Part shown: positions 18,753 to 29,637 of the stretch, in pieces
Position numbering within the stretch: the first letter of the stretch is position 1
Layout of the letters: the number at the start of each line of letters is the position of its first letter
Assembly: GCA_037128175.1 (NCBI GenBank)
Contig: JBAXWY010000014.1
Coordinates: 1 to 57,425 of the forward strand
DNA: 57,425 nucleotides
From: Methanothrix sp.
GTDB taxonomy: Archaea > Halobacteriota > Methanosarcinia > Methanotrichales > Methanotrichaceae
Direction: 5' to 3'
Program-made: the position numbers and the translations under genes
Notes under the pieces: model-generated
Told to the model about the DNA's origin: nothing
What the model saw: only the letters and a program-made list of their open reading frames with translations
Databases searched by the model: none

Positions 18753-19596
18753 TTATTATTTTCCAGGTTATCTTGGGAGCGGCTCGAATCCGAATCTTAA
18801 GCTCTGTCTCGCAGGCAATCTCGCAAGCTTTGGCCATCTCCTCTAAAGCCTCTATCGAGACCGGCTCAAATCTGTCCTCCCCCTCTCGCGGCAATCCCTG
18901 TTGCAAGATCATGCTTTCCAGGCGATTTTCCGGATATAGCGCCAACAAGTGGCAGAGCGTGCCGGCAATCTCCACCAATTGGGAAGAGGACGGCATATTT
19001 GGAAAGATCGTGCTGCGCACATCCAGTTCCACTCCCATTTTAAAGCATATCTCAAGGCTCTCTGCCACCTGCATCGCCATGCCGGCTCTGCCTGTGGCCT
19101 TTTCGTAATCCGGCTCCAGAAGAGCAGTCTTGAGATCGAGGAATACCTTATCCACCAGTCCTTTTGCCAGCAATGTTTCCAGATGAACAGGAAAGCAGCC
19201 CGAGGTTTCCAGGCCCGTGGCCAGATGCAGGCTCCTGGCCAGGCGAAAGAGCCCGGCGCAGGCCTGCGGCTGGAGGAGCGGCTCGCCTCCGGATAAGACA
19301 AGGGCATTAACGAACGGCTTGCTGCTGGCCCGTTGTGATGCATCTTCAAGGTTGATCTGCATAGGATGTGCATCGATCCTAATCCTGGCCCAGCGGGCCG
19401 CGGGAAAGCCCTTGACCTCAGATACAATGCGAGATGCAATCGTATGAAGAGCGACAACGCGTTCTCCCGTCTGTAGCATCTGGTTGTGGCAATGGGGGCA
19501 GCGCAAGGGGCAGCCTCGCAAGAATACGACCATTGCGGCGCGCCCCGGCCAATCGACTGTGGAAAGAGGAACAATCCCCCCGAAATTGACCTTCAT
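18742..19596 (-). CDS. nrdG: Radical SAM protein, anaerobic ribonucleotide reductase activase-like
   Basis: STVDWPG....VF.RGCPLRCPHCHN, SGGEPLLQ, LETSG, LDLK. Confidence 0.85.
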   Translation of the reverse strand: MKVNFGGIVPLSTVDWPGRAAMVVFLRGCPLRCPHCHNQMLQTGERVVALHTIASRIVSEVKGFPAARWARIRIDAHPMQINLEDASQRASSKPFVNALVLSGGEPLLQPQACAGLFRLARSLHLATGLETSGCFPVHLETLLAKGLVDKVFLDLKTALLEPDYEKATGRAGMAMQVAESLEICFKMGVELDVRSTIFPNMPSSSQLVEIAGTLCHLLALYPENRLESMILQQGLPREGEDRFEPVSIEALEEMAKACEIACETELKIRIRAAPKITWKIINGE

Positions 19597-20870
19597 TTCC
19601 TTCCTTGGGAAATATCAAGTTTTATCGGCCCTCCTCTAATCCTTCCCAGCCTCTCTTCCAGCTCCAACTCGTCTGATGCCGCCTTTTCCTCTAATGAAGC
19701 CAGATCTTTTTTGGCTTGATCTAAGGCCAACTCCAGGCTCTTTTTGCTTTTTCTGGCCTGGCTCATCTCCTCTTTCAGACGATGACCCTCGCGGCTCTGG
19801 TCTTTAATCTGAGACTCATTCTCCGAGATCTCCTCAATGATTCCTTGCAGCCTGGCCCTGGCATTTTCCAGCGACCTTCTCTTTATGAGCAGGTCGATAT
19901 GATCTAGAATCTTTTCCTTCTTTTTGTCCTTCAAACCTAAAGTTGCCAGATGGCTTTGCAGTTCCTTTAGAGATCCGGCAATGTTTTTATCTTGCACGAT
20001 GGAGGGTGACACACAGAGCTGCTCAAAGACGTTTTTATGCTGCAGATTGATTCTATCACTTGATCCTTGCTTCATCATTCTGGCCAGCGCTTTGGTCAGG
20101 GGTGCAATCAGATCATTCAACTCATCCTCTACCTGTGATTTTTCCTCTTTCTTCTTCTCCAAGATTCTCTTCAGTTCTTCCGTCTTTTTCCCAACATCAC
20201 TTGCCTCCAGTTTCTTTGTCACCTCTTCCAGGCCAGATAACCGGAGGGTTATCTCAGAATGCGTCGCTTCATTATGCAGTGTTTTCTTTTTCAGATCATC
20301 GATGCCCGATAGCTCTTTTTGCAGTCTTTCAGCAAGCTCTCGGGAGTACCAGCTCTCCTCTGCCAGCTTTCTCTTTTTGTCGATTTCCGTCTCTAGATCG
20401 ACCAGCAACCGGCTGATTTGTGTCAGGTCAGATTTGATGCATTCGATGTTCCTGGGAAAGAGAGCTGCTACATAACTCTGCGCTCTGCCGAAGGTGGTCA
20501 CCGTCCTCTCCAGTCCTTTGACGAGCGCCCAATGATGCTGAAAAGCAGAATCCGGATCCTTTTTTTTGGGCGGCATCAACTTCTCAGAAAGCGTTTCAAG
20601 CTGCTTTACAACCTCGCTTCGTGCTGCCAGGCCCGCCCGCAGAAGCTTGGGCGGCGTGTCCTCATTCGCACTGGCTGATTCCAGAGCGGATATGTCTTTA
20701 GAAAGGACCTTCGCCACATCATCCATCCTGCCATAGATCTCTAAGCAGAGCATAGCAAAATCGGATTCCTTCCCTCTCTCTTCCAGCCAGGAATTAATTT
20801 TTGCAAGCTGCAGGATGGCCGATTCTTCTTTGGCCAGCTTATTCCCAAAAATATTTTTGAGCCAATTCAA
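19593..20870 (-). CDS. Coiled-coil hypothetical protein
   Basis: E/K/L-rich heptad pattern; overlaps hel308 and nrdG by 4 bp. Confidence 0.8.
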   Translation of the reverse strand: MNWLKNIFGNKLAKEESAILQLAKINSWLEERGKESDFAMLCLEIYGRMDDVAKVLSKDISALESASANEDTPPKLLRAGLAARSEVVKQLETLSEKLMPPKKKDPDSAFQHHWALVKGLERTVTTFGRAQSYVAALFPRNIECIKSDLTQISRLLVDLETEIDKKRKLAEESWYSRELAERLQKELSGIDDLKKKTLHNEATHSEITLRLSGLEEVTKKLEASDVGKKTEELKRILEKKKEEKSQVEDELNDLIAPLTKALARMMKQGSSDRINLQHKNVFEQLCVSPSIVQDKNIAGSLKELQSHLATLGLKDKKKEKILDHIDLLIKRRSLENARARLQGIIEEISENESQIKDQSREGHRLKEEMSQARKSKKSLELALDQAKKDLASLEEKAASDELELEERLGRIRGGPIKLDISQGRK

Positions 20871-23044
20871 GGCCGTATCTCCTCATTTCCTTCTTTTTTG
20901 AGCTGAGAGATGACTTTCTCGGCAATCTTGGGGCCAAGGAGGCGGACCACCTCGGTAGGGCTCGCGGCCAACAGCTTTTCTATGCTGGTTATGCCCGACA
21001 AATAGAGCTTCCTGGCCCGGACGCGGCCTATTCCTTTCAGGTTTAGCAAAGCCAGAAGATCCCGGCCGGCACCATAGTGAATGCGCTCTGCCAGTTGCTC
21101 TGCTTTGAAGGTTATGCCCAATTCAAGATGCTTGGAAAGCTCGGCTATTGAGTGCATGAGCCACTCCGCCGTCTCAGCCGAGCGGTGAATGTCTCCCGGT
21201 CCTATGTGATATCTGCTGGCAATCTGCTCCTCATGCACCTCGCCGATCCAGTCCATGAGCATGGATGACGTCTTGGCCTCGCGGAGCAGATAGTCGTAGT
21301 TGTCCTCATCATATAGCTCCAACTGGTGCTGATCGATGAACTCCTCCACCCATACGTCAGCGGCCTGGATATAGAGCAGATTCATATCAGGAGTCATGGT
21401 AATGAGGTGAATGAGGCCAAGGTCGGAAGGCCTTTTCCGTTCCGCCAGGTACTGTTCTAAGGCACTGGTGAATTTGTCCAAATTATCGATTGCTCTATGT
21501 TTCCCCAGATTTTCCATCATGATAACGGCGCTCAGAGGATCGATGTATAGCTTGGAGACCAGAGAGCCGAGCCTGGTGGGCAGGAGATCGCCCTCATCGC
21601 TGCCCTGTATCATGCCGTTATCCAACAAAAAGTCGAGTACCTTTTCCAGTGTGACATCCAGATGCCAGGGATCCTGCTGATGGGCATAAAATGTGGTGGC
21701 GATGAAGGCTTTTAGCTCCGGTTCATTTTTGGCGAAACCGGCGGCAAATGTGGAGAGCAGATGGGTTCTAAGAGCGCTCTCGCTGGCCAGCTTCGACCAT
21801 ATCTCTTCCGGGGTGCCGTGGATGTAGTGCTCCAAGAGCTCCTGCATCTCGGAAACGCTCTTGGCCATCAGAAAGGATTCGCCATAGGGATCTAGCCCAG
21901 GACGACCGGCACGCCCGGCCATCTGGCGGTACTCGATAACGGAAATGGGCGTCATTCCCCTGCCGTACTCATATCTCTTGTAGCTCTTGATGAGCACTCT
22001 TCTGGCAGGCAGGTTCAGGCCCGCGGCCAGGGTGGGAGTGCTGGCTATGACCTTGATCTTGTTGTCACGAAAGCCCTGCTCCACCAGTCGCCGTTGCTCG
22101 GACAGGAGGCCGGCGTGGTGGAAGGCAACGCCGCGAGAGACACAGGAGGCGAGGCGTACTGCCGTCTCGCTCTCGCCTGTGGCAAGAATGCTCAAAGAAA
22201 GACTCTCGGTGGCCGCATCGGCAGAGATCAGGCCGCAGAGCCGCGAAGCGGCAGCTTCGGCATTCTTCCTGGAATTCTCGAAGATGAGGATCTGGGCCGA
22301 CTGGGAGAGGGTATCCTTAACCAGAGCCAGGGCCTCATCCTTCATCGCCAACAGGGGGACTATGCCATCAGAGAAGACCTGCGATCCATTGCAGATAACG
22401 CCCTCTCGCAAGCGAATGGGACGCCAGTCGCTGCTTACCAACTCCGCCTTCAGCCAGGCAGCGATCTCCTGTCCGTTGGCGACGGTTGCGGATAGGCCAA
22501 TGACCTGCAAATTGGGATTACAGTGGATTAGCTTAGTGATTGTCATCTCCAGGGTGGGGCCGCGACCCACGTCATTAAGCAGGTGTATCTCATCCACTAC
22601 CAGGACGGACAGGTCTCGCACCCAGGAGGCCCCGTTTCTCATGAGAGAGTCGGCCTTTTCGGAGGTGGCGATTATAATCAGATTTTTGCCCAGTCGCTCG
22701 TCTCTCTTGTCAAAGTCGCCGGTGCTGATGCCGACAGAGACACCCAGAGCCCTGAACTTTTTAAAAGAATCATACTTCTCCGTGGCCAGGGCGCGCAGAG
22801 GGACTATGTAAAGGGAGCGGCGGCCTTGCAGGGCGGCTTTGAGCATAGCAAGTTCTGCCAGCAGGGTCTTGCCGGAGGCGGTGGGCATGGCCAGTAGCAT
22901 GCTCTTGCCATCGAGAAGGCCCCTTTCCAGAGCTTCGGCCTGAGGCGGATAGAGCTCTTTATAGCCACGCTCCTCATAAAGCTTGACGGCCTCTGGGGAA
23001 AGCCACGAGGCAAGGTCCTTTATCTCCAGCATCTGTGTCTCCAT
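20867..23044 (-). CDS. hel308: Ski2-like DNA helicase Hel308
   Basis: LYPPQ, PTASGKT, DEIH, LSAT, TPTLAAGLNLPA, QMAGRAGR, C-terminal HhH GIGRVRAR. Confidence 0.95.
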   Translation of the reverse strand: METQMLEIKDLASWLSPEAVKLYEERGYKELYPPQAEALERGLLDGKSMLLAMPTASGKTLLAELAMLKAALQGRRSLYIVPLRALATEKYDSFKKFRALGVSVGISTGDFDKRDERLGKNLIIIATSEKADSLMRNGASWVRDLSVLVVDEIHLLNDVGRGPTLEMTITKLIHCNPNLQVIGLSATVANGQEIAAWLKAELVSSDWRPIRLREGVICNGSQVFSDGIVPLLAMKDEALALVKDTLSQSAQILIFENSRKNAEAAASRLCGLISADAATESLSLSILATGESETAVRLASCVSRGVAFHHAGLLSEQRRLVEQGFRDNKIKVIASTPTLAAGLNLPARRVLIKSYKRYEYGRGMTPISVIEYRQMAGRAGRPGLDPYGESFLMAKSVSEMQELLEHYIHGTPEEIWSKLASESALRTHLLSTFAAGFAKNEPELKAFIATTFYAHQQDPWHLDVTLEKVLDFLLDNGMIQGSDEGDLLPTRLGSLVSKLYIDPLSAVIMMENLGKHRAIDNLDKFTSALEQYLAERKRPSDLGLIHLITMTPDMNLLYIQAADVWVEEFIDQHQLELYDEDNYDYLLREAKTSSMLMDWIGEVHEEQIASRYHIGPGDIHRSAETAEWLMHSIAELSKHLELGITFKAEQLAERIHYGAGRDLLALLNLKGIGRVRARKLYLSGITSIEKLLAASPTEVVRLLGPKIAEKVISQLKKEGNEEIRP

Positions 23045-23133
23045 GCTCCTCTAATCTTAAATACTACGTGAAAGTAGTACCTGCGGAATAGTAGTCACAA
23101 TCATATAAATGCATCATCCATGGAGAGAAACTA

Positions 23134-24285
23134 ATGTATGCCGATCGGATAAAAAATCTCCCGCCATATCTCTTTGCCGCCATCGACAAAGCAAAACAAG
23201 AAGCACGGACAAGAGGCGTGGATGTAATCGACCTGAGCGTGGGCGACCCCGATTTGCCGACGCCTGAGCACATCGTCAAAGCCCTGAATAAGGCGGCCAG
23301 TGACCCATCCAATCACCAGTATCCCTCCTACGAGGGCAAGCTAGCCTTCCGAAGAGCTGTGGCGGACTGGTATAAGCGGACATTTAACGTCGACTTGGAT
23401 CCGACAAAGGAGGTTCTCACTTTGATCGGCTCCAAGGAGGGCATTGCTCATGCGCCCCTGGCCTTCATCAATCCCGGAGACGCGGCCTTGGTGCCCGATC
23501 CTGCCTATCCGGTTTACCGTACGGCCACCGTCTTTGCCGGAGGCGAACCAGTGCTCATGCCGCTTCTTCGGGAGAACAAATTTCTGCCCGACCTGGAGGC
23601 CATCGCTCCCGCTGACGCCCGAAGGGCTAAGATCATGTTTCTCAACTACCCCAACAATCCCATCGGCGCTTCGGCGGACAGGAGCTTCTTCAAGAAGGTA
23701 ATCGATTTCGCTAACGACTACCATATCATCGTCATGCACGATAATCCCTACTCTGAGACCTACTACGATGGAGAAAGGTCTCTGTCCCTTCTGGAGATGG
23801 AAGGAGCCAGGGATGTGGCGGTGGAGTTTCATTCGCTCTCCAAAACGTACAACATGACCGGCTGGAGGATCGGCTCGGTGGTGGGGAACAGCGACGTTGT
23901 GGCCGGCATAGGCAAGATCAAGAGCAACATCGACTCGGGAACCTTTGGGGCAGTGCAGGATGCAGGAATTGTGGCCTTAAATAGCCCGAAGGAGATTGTG
24001 GACGATATCAGGAAGGTCTACCAGCACCGAATTGATATTCTCTACAAGGCCCTCAGGAACCAGGGACTGCAATTGGAAAAGCCGCGCGCCACGCTCTACC
24101 TCTGGGCCTTTGTAGGAGGGAGTTCCATCGAATATGCTGGACGTCTCTTAGATAAGACGGGCATCGTGGCCACGCCCGGAGTGGGCTTCGGCCAGTATGG
24201 CGAGGGCTACGTCAGGTTTTCCATCACTCAACCTACGCCGCGGATAGAAGAGGCCGTGGTGCGGCTGGAGAGAATGGGCGAGTAA
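23134..24285 (+). CDS. dapL: LL-diaminopimelate aminotransferase (class I/II)
   Basis: LPPYLFA.ID, IGSKEG, NYPNNP, SLSKTYNMTGWRIG. Confidence 0.85.
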   Translation: MYADRIKNLPPYLFAAIDKAKQEARTRGVDVIDLSVGDPDLPTPEHIVKALNKAASDPSNHQYPSYEGKLAFRRAVADWYKRTFNVDLDPTKEVLTLIGSKEGIAHAPLAFINPGDAALVPDPAYPVYRTATVFAGGEPVLMPLLRENKFLPDLEAIAPADARRAKIMFLNYPNNPIGASADRSFFKKVIDFANDYHIIVMHDNPYSETYYDGERSLSLLEMEGARDVAVEFHSLSKTYNMTGWRIGSVVGNSDVVAGIGKIKSNIDSGTFGAVQDAGIVALNSPKEIVDDIRKVYQHRIDILYKALRNQGLQLEKPRATLYLWAFVGGSSIEYAGRLLDKTGIVATPGVGFGQYGEGYVRFSITQPTPRIEEAVVRLERMGE

Positions 24286-24329
24286 GAGGTTGCTGGATTA
24301 TTATACATATATTCCGGAGGGAATTCAAG

Positions 24330-27179
24330 TTGCTGGAAAATTATTCTGCTAAGGAGATCGAGGCCAAGTGGCAGAAGACTTGGGAGGACAAAGCGGTCTT
24401 TCAGCCCGAGCCCGACTCCAGAACGAAGTTCTTTTTAACCATCCCTTATCCTTATCTCAATGGAAATTTGCATGCCGGGCATACGCGCACCTTCACCATT
24501 GGCGACGCCGTGGCGCGTTTCAAGCGCATGCAGGGCAAGAACGTTCTCTTTCCCATGGCCTTTCATGCCACGGGAACGCCCATAGTCGGTCTGTCCGAGC
24601 TCATTGCCAAACGCGATCCATTGATCTGGGACGTTTACACCAAGCTGCACGGCATTCCTGAAGAGGAGCTCTCCTCATTAAACACGCCGGAGAAGATTGT
24701 GCTCTACTTCCGTCGCCAGGCGAAGGCGGCCATGCAGTCCATCGGCTACTCCATCGACTGGAGGCGGGAGTTTACCACCACCGATCCGGCTTACAGCAAG
24801 TTCATCGAGTGGCAGTACGGCATTTTGCGCCGCCTGGATTATGTGGTCAAGGGCAGCCATCCCGTGCGCTGGTGCCCGCATGATCGAAACCCGGTGGAGG
24901 ATCACGACATTCTCAAGGGCGAGGATGCCACCATCATGGACTTTTCCCTGATCAAGTTCCGAATGGGAGACAAAATCCTGCCCTGCGCCACACTGCGCCC
25001 GGAGACTGTTTTCGGAGTGGTCAACCTCTGGCTCAACCCGGATGTCAATTACGTTCTGGCCAAAGTGAACGAGGAGACCTGGGTGGTATCCAAAGAGGCC
25101 TACGAAAAGCTGACCTTCACAGACCGGACCGTAGCTTTGACCGGGGAGATCTCGGGAAAGGATTTGATCGGCAAGAGGGTCACCAATCCGCTGACGGGCA
25201 CCGAGGTTCTCGTGCTGCCCGCAGCATTCGTGGAACCGGACAACGGTTCAGGAATCGTCATGTCCGTTCCAGCTCATGCGCCTTACGATTATCTGGCGCT
25301 CAAGGATCTGTACGGCAAAGACCTGAGCAATTACGGCATCACTGAGGATCTGCGGGACATCAAATTCATTTCCCTGATTGAGTCGCCCGGATATGGAGAG
25401 CTGCCCGCGGTTGAAGCCGTGAACGAGCTAAAAGTCCGAGATCAGAACGACCCCAAGGCAGAGGATGCCACTAAAATGGTCTACCGGCGCGAGTTTCATA
25501 ACGGCGTTCTCAAGGCCAACACGGGCAAGTACGCCGGAATCGCCGTCTCCAAAATCAAGGACGTTCTCCTGGCCGATCTGATGGAGCAGGGCATGGCCGA
25601 GATCTTCTACGAGTTTTCCGAGATGCCGGTCATCTGCCGCTGCGGCACGCGCTGCGTCATCATGATGGTGCGAGACCAGTGGTTCCTGGAGTACTCCGAT
25701 GTGGAGTGGAAGGCCAATGTGCTGCGCTGCCTGGCAGGCATGAAGATCATACCCGAGGAGTTTCGGGTGGAGTTCATAAACAAGGTGGACTGGCTCAAGG
25801 ACAAGGCCTGCGCTCGCAGGAAGGGACTGGGCACTCATCTTCCCTGGGACAAGGAGTGGCTCATCGAGTCGCTGGGTGACAGCACGATTTACATGGCCTA
25901 CTACATTCTGGCCAAGTATGTGAACGCGGGAATGAAGATTGATCAGCTCCCACCGGAGTTCTTCGAGTACGTCTTCATGAACAACGGCGACGCTGCCGCC
26001 GTTGCGGCCCTCACCGGTGTACTCCAGGAGACCGTGCAGAAGATCCACGACGACTTCGGTTACTGGTATCCGGTAGATCTGCGCACCTCTGGGAAGGATC
26101 TGGTCGCCAACCACCTGCTCTTCTTCCTCTACCATCACGTGGCCATCTTCCCGGAGAGGCTCTGGCCTCAGGCCATTGCCGTCAACGGCTTCGTCTCCCT
26201 GGAGGGCAAGAAGATGTCCAAGTCCAAGGGGCCGATTCTCACTTTGCGCCAGGCCGTCGCTGAAAACGGGGCCGACGTAACGCGCCTCTACATCCTGGGC
26301 AATGCGGAAGGTACGGCGGACGTGGACTGGAGAAATGATGCAGTAGAGGCCACCTATGCCCATATGGAGAGGTTCTACAATTTAGCACGGGAGATTTTGG
26401 CCGATAGCAGCATCGACGAATCCGCGGATAAAACGCTCATCGACCGCTGGATGCTCTCCCGGCTGCAAAGGCGCATTGCTGAAGCCACAGAGGCTTTGGA
26501 AAACATCCAGACCCGAAGGGCGCTGCAGAACGCCTTCTACCTGCTCTTCAATGATTTGCGCTGGTACCAGAGGCGCGGGGGCAAGAGCCAGCTGCGCGCT
26601 GTGCTGTCTGCCTGGGTGCGCATGATGTCGCCCTTCACGCCCCACGTCTGCGAGGAGCTGTGGTCCTCTGGTTTAGGCGAGGGCTACGCATCGCTGGCCC
26701 AGTGGCCGGTGGCGGATGAATCCCTGATCGATGTCAAAGCGGAAATGGCCGTGGATCTGGTGGAACGCACTTTGAAAGATATGCAAGAGATCATTATTGT
26801 GATTAAAGCCAGACCTAAAAAAATCACACTTTACATAGCTCCTGCCTGGAAAAGAGATATGCTTCGCCTTGCCGTTACGACAGCAAAAAATGGGAAGCCA
26901 GATATGTCTGCTCTCATGATGGCGGCCAAAGATTCACAACTCATAGCGCCACACATGAAGGAAGCTCAAAAGTATGCGCAAATACTGGTCAAGTCAGCAC
27001 ATTCGCTGAATGCTGAAGCGTTGGAGCTAGACGAGTTTCAGATATTAAGTCAAGAAAGTGAAAGGGATTACATGAGAATTTACATAGGCTGCAATGTAGA
27101 AGTCCATTCAGCAGATGAACCAGAGGGAGATCCCAAAGGTAAAGCGTTGCCAGGGAAGCCAGCGATTTATATCGAGTAG
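24330..27179 (+). CDS. leuS: Leucine--tRNA ligase (archaeal type)
   Basis: PYLNGNLHAGH, ATLRPET, GKDL..NHL, KMSKS, C-terminal PAIYIE. Confidence 0.97.
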   Translation: MLENYSAKEIEAKWQKTWEDKAVFQPEPDSRTKFFLTIPYPYLNGNLHAGHTRTFTIGDAVARFKRMQGKNVLFPMAFHATGTPIVGLSELIAKRDPLIWDVYTKLHGIPEEELSSLNTPEKIVLYFRRQAKAAMQSIGYSIDWRREFTTTDPAYSKFIEWQYGILRRLDYVVKGSHPVRWCPHDRNPVEDHDILKGEDATIMDFSLIKFRMGDKILPCATLRPETVFGVVNLWLNPDVNYVLAKVNEETWVVSKEAYEKLTFTDRTVALTGEISGKDLIGKRVTNPLTGTEVLVLPAAFVEPDNGSGIVMSVPAHAPYDYLALKDLYGKDLSNYGITEDLRDIKFISLIESPGYGELPAVEAVNELKVRDQNDPKAEDATKMVYRREFHNGVLKANTGKYAGIAVSKIKDVLLADLMEQGMAEIFYEFSEMPVICRCGTRCVIMMVRDQWFLEYSDVEWKANVLRCLAGMKIIPEEFRVEFINKVDWLKDKACARRKGLGTHLPWDKEWLIESLGDSTIYMAYYILAKYVNAGMKIDQLPPEFFEYVFMNNGDAAAVAALTGVLQETVQKIHDDFGYWYPVDLRTSGKDLVANHLLFFLYHHVAIFPERLWPQAIAVNGFVSLEGKKMSKSKGPILTLRQAVAENGADVTRLYILGNAEGTADVDWRNDAVEATYAHMERFYNLAREILADSSIDESADKTLIDRWMLSRLQRRIAEATEALENIQTRRALQNAFYLLFNDLRWYQRRGGKSQLRAVLSAWVRMMSPFTPHVCEELWSSGLGEGYASLAQWPVADESLIDVKAEMAVDLVERTLKDMQEIIIVIKARPKKITLYIAPAWKRDMLRLAVTTAKNGKPDMSALMMAAKDSQLIAPHMKEAQKYAQILVKSAHSLNAEALELDEFQILSQESERDYMRIYIGCNVEVHSADEPEGDPKGKALPGKPAIYIE

Positions 27180-27238
27180 GGAATGAAAAATTCCTACTCG
27201 ATTCTTCGTATTTAAAGCAATTCGAAAGGAGGTCTTAA

Positions 27239-29023
27239 TTGAAGAAGACACTCGTTAAAAGTGTTGGATATACACTTGGCCATTTATTAAGCAATATCGA
27301 TTTAGGCGTAATAGGTTTGCCCGATCTTCAGCGACCCTTCGTATGGCCTGATAAGAAGGCACGTGATTTATTTGATTCTATGTATCGGGGCTATCCCATT
27401 GGATATCTACTTTTCTGGGAAAACATAATTACTGATCAAATGCCCCCTACTCAGATTCGTAACGTCGGCACAAACGCAAAGCAGAATGTTCCAAGTCTTC
27501 TTATTGTTGACGGGCAGCAAAGGCTTACTGCACTTTATGCTGTAGTAAAGGATATCTCTATAATACGAAACCGAAGAAAAGAAAAAATAAAGATTGCATT
27601 TCAGCCAGTAAAGCAAAAATTTGATGTAGCTAATACGATTATTGAAAATGATCCTGAATGGATTCCAGATATCAGCAAACTTTGGTCCGTGGATACTGGT
27701 CTGATTAGATTCGCAAATAATTTTATAAATACTTTGCGTAAAAAGCGTGAAGTATCAATTGGAGAAGAGGACCTTATTACAGAAGCAATTGGCGATCTTC
27801 ACGGAATCTTGAACTATCCGTTTACAGTTCTTCAATTGTCGTCCACCATGAGTGAAGATCAAGTGGCTGAGGTTTTTGTTAGAGTAAATAGCAAAGGAAC
27901 TCCTTTGAACCAAGCAGATTTCATTCTTACTCTAATGTCTGTTTTTTGGGATGATGGCCGTGCACAATTGGAAAGATTTTGTGAGTCTGCCTGCAATCCG
28001 TCAACAGATAAGCCAACTCCCTACAATCATTTCATTCAACCAGCACCAGATCAGCTCCTCCGTGTAAGTGTAGCTCTTGCTTTCAGAAGAGCACGTCTTG
28101 AGCATGTTTACTCGATCTTGAGAGGCAAAGACCTACAGACCGGGAATTTCTTGGATGAAAAGCGAGATCAGCAGTTTGCAGTACTGAAGGATGCTCAAAC
28201 CTATGTCCTAAACTTAAATTATTGGGATGATTTTTTCAAGGCCATAGAAAGAGCAGGATTCAGACGTCATGAACATATATCATCTCAGAATGCTTTGCTT
28301 TATACTTATGCATTTTATCTTATCGGGAAGCGCGACTTCAATGTAGACGATTTTAATTTACGTAACTTGATTGCGCGATGGTTCTTCATGGTTTCTATCA
28401 CGGGGCGTTATACAAGTTCTCCAGAGAGCCGCATGGAACAGGACCTCGCGAACTTGCGTGACATCCATGATGCCTCATCATTTGCGGAGCATCTGAATGC
28501 CACAATGGAACAGAATTTTACGGAAGACTATTGGAAAATAGTGTTGCCTAATAATCTAGCAACATCGTCAGCTCGTAGCCCAGAACTTTTTGCATATTAC
28601 GCAGCCCTTAATCTGCTCGATGCGAAGGTTTTGTTTTCGGAACTCAAGGTTGCTCAACTAATGGACCCAACTAAACGTTCGATGAGATCGGCCACTGAGC
28701 GTCATCATCTTTTTCCCAAGAAATTTTTGGAAAGCTCTGGATTGATGGAAAAACGCAAAATTAATCAGATTGCCAACTATGCTTTGCTGGAATGGAGAGA
28801 TAATGATGGAATATCTGATAAAAGCCCTCGTGAATATCTCCCATTAATGCTTGATCGCATGCACCATTCTGAAGATGAGCTTAAAAAAATATATTTCTGG
28901 CATGCTCTTCCAGAAGGATGGGAAGAAAAGAATTACACGGATTTTTTAGAAGAGCGACGCAAGCTGATGGCAAGTGTAATTCGAACTGGATTTGAAACCC
29001 TTAACAAAGTGATATCACGTTAA
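27239..29023 (+). CDS. DUF262 + C-terminal HNH (DUF1524-like) protein, GmrSD/type IV restriction-like
   Basis: LPDLQRPFVW, VDGQQRLT, FVRVNSKG; ERHHLFP...NQIANYALL...N; AT-rich; SD ggaggt before the TTG start. Confidence 0.88.
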   Translation: MKKTLVKSVGYTLGHLLSNIDLGVIGLPDLQRPFVWPDKKARDLFDSMYRGYPIGYLLFWENIITDQMPPTQIRNVGTNAKQNVPSLLIVDGQQRLTALYAVVKDISIIRNRRKEKIKIAFQPVKQKFDVANTIIENDPEWIPDISKLWSVDTGLIRFANNFINTLRKKREVSIGEEDLITEAIGDLHGILNYPFTVLQLSSTMSEDQVAEVFVRVNSKGTPLNQADFILTLMSVFWDDGRAQLERFCESACNPSTDKPTPYNHFIQPAPDQLLRVSVALAFRRARLEHVYSILRGKDLQTGNFLDEKRDQQFAVLKDAQTYVLNLNYWDDFFKAIERAGFRRHEHISSQNALLYTYAFYLIGKRDFNVDDFNLRNLIARWFFMVSITGRYTSSPESRMEQDLANLRDIHDASSFAEHLNATMEQNFTEDYWKIVLPNNLATSSARSPELFAYYAALNLLDAKVLFSELKVAQLMDPTKRSMRSATERHHLFPKKFLESSGLMEKRKINQIANYALLEWRDNDGISDKSPREYLPLMLDRMHHSEDELKKIYFWHALPEGWEEKNYTDFLEERRKLMASVIRTGFETLNKVISR

Positions 29024-29062
29024 TTTGATCTAAGCTGAAAGATCCAATTGGAAATGGAGATG

Positions 29063-29431
29063 CCCACCAAGATCACCCTCTACACCTCGCCAGCCTGGAA
29101 GAAGGAGATGCTGCGCCTCGCAGTCGAGGCGGCAACGGGGGGCAAGCTGGACATGGGGGCGCTCATGAAGCAGGCCATGGCCAGCCCGGCGATAGCGGAG
29201 CACAAGAAGGATGCGCCCAAGTATGCGCAAAAGCTGGCCAAGGCGGCCCACTCGCTCTCGGCGGAGGCGCTGGGGCTGGACGAGTTCGAGACGCTCTGCA
29301 GAGAGAAGACGTACCTGGCTTTGGCCATGGGCGTGCCGGTGGAGATCTACTCGGCAGATGAGGCGGGGGAGGACCCCAAGGGCAAAAGCCGCCAGGCGGA
29401 GCCGGGGAGACCGGCGATTTATATCGAGTGA
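29063..29431 (+). pseudogene. leuS: Displaced second copy of the leuS 3' end (~122 codons, still open)
   Basis: PTKITLYTSPAWKKEMLRLAV...DPKGKSRQAEPGRPAIYIE* aligns with leuS 26814-27179. Confidence 0.92.
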
Positions 29432-29485
29432 AAGGATGGCTGAAGACCGTTGGCTCCGGGTGCTGAGCCTGGGGCTAACGGAATT

Positions 29486-29530
29486 AAACCACAGAGGCGC
29501 AGAGCGCACAGAGAACGAACACGGAGACGG
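29486..29530 (+). repeat. CACAGAG-type short-repeat block, inverted relative to the downstream array
   Basis: aaccacagaggcgcagagcgcacagagaacgaacacggagacg; compare 16397-16438 and the reverse complement of 33580-33624. Confidence 0.8.
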
Positions 29531-29543
29531 CGGTTCGATTGGG

Positions 29544-29637
29544 CTGGAAAAGATGCTGCACGACGGATGAGCCGGGTGGCGGACCCAAAGGGCGAGAGCC
29601 GCCAGGCGGGGCCGGGGGGTTGGCGATACATATTGAA
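29544..29637 (+). pseudogene. Third, internally deleted and frameshifted leuS 3'-end remnant
   Basis: ctggaaaagatgctgc resembles 29095-29114; gatgag...gacccaaagggcgagagccgccaggcggggccgggg...gcgatacatattgaa resembles 29357-29428. Confidence 0.8.
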
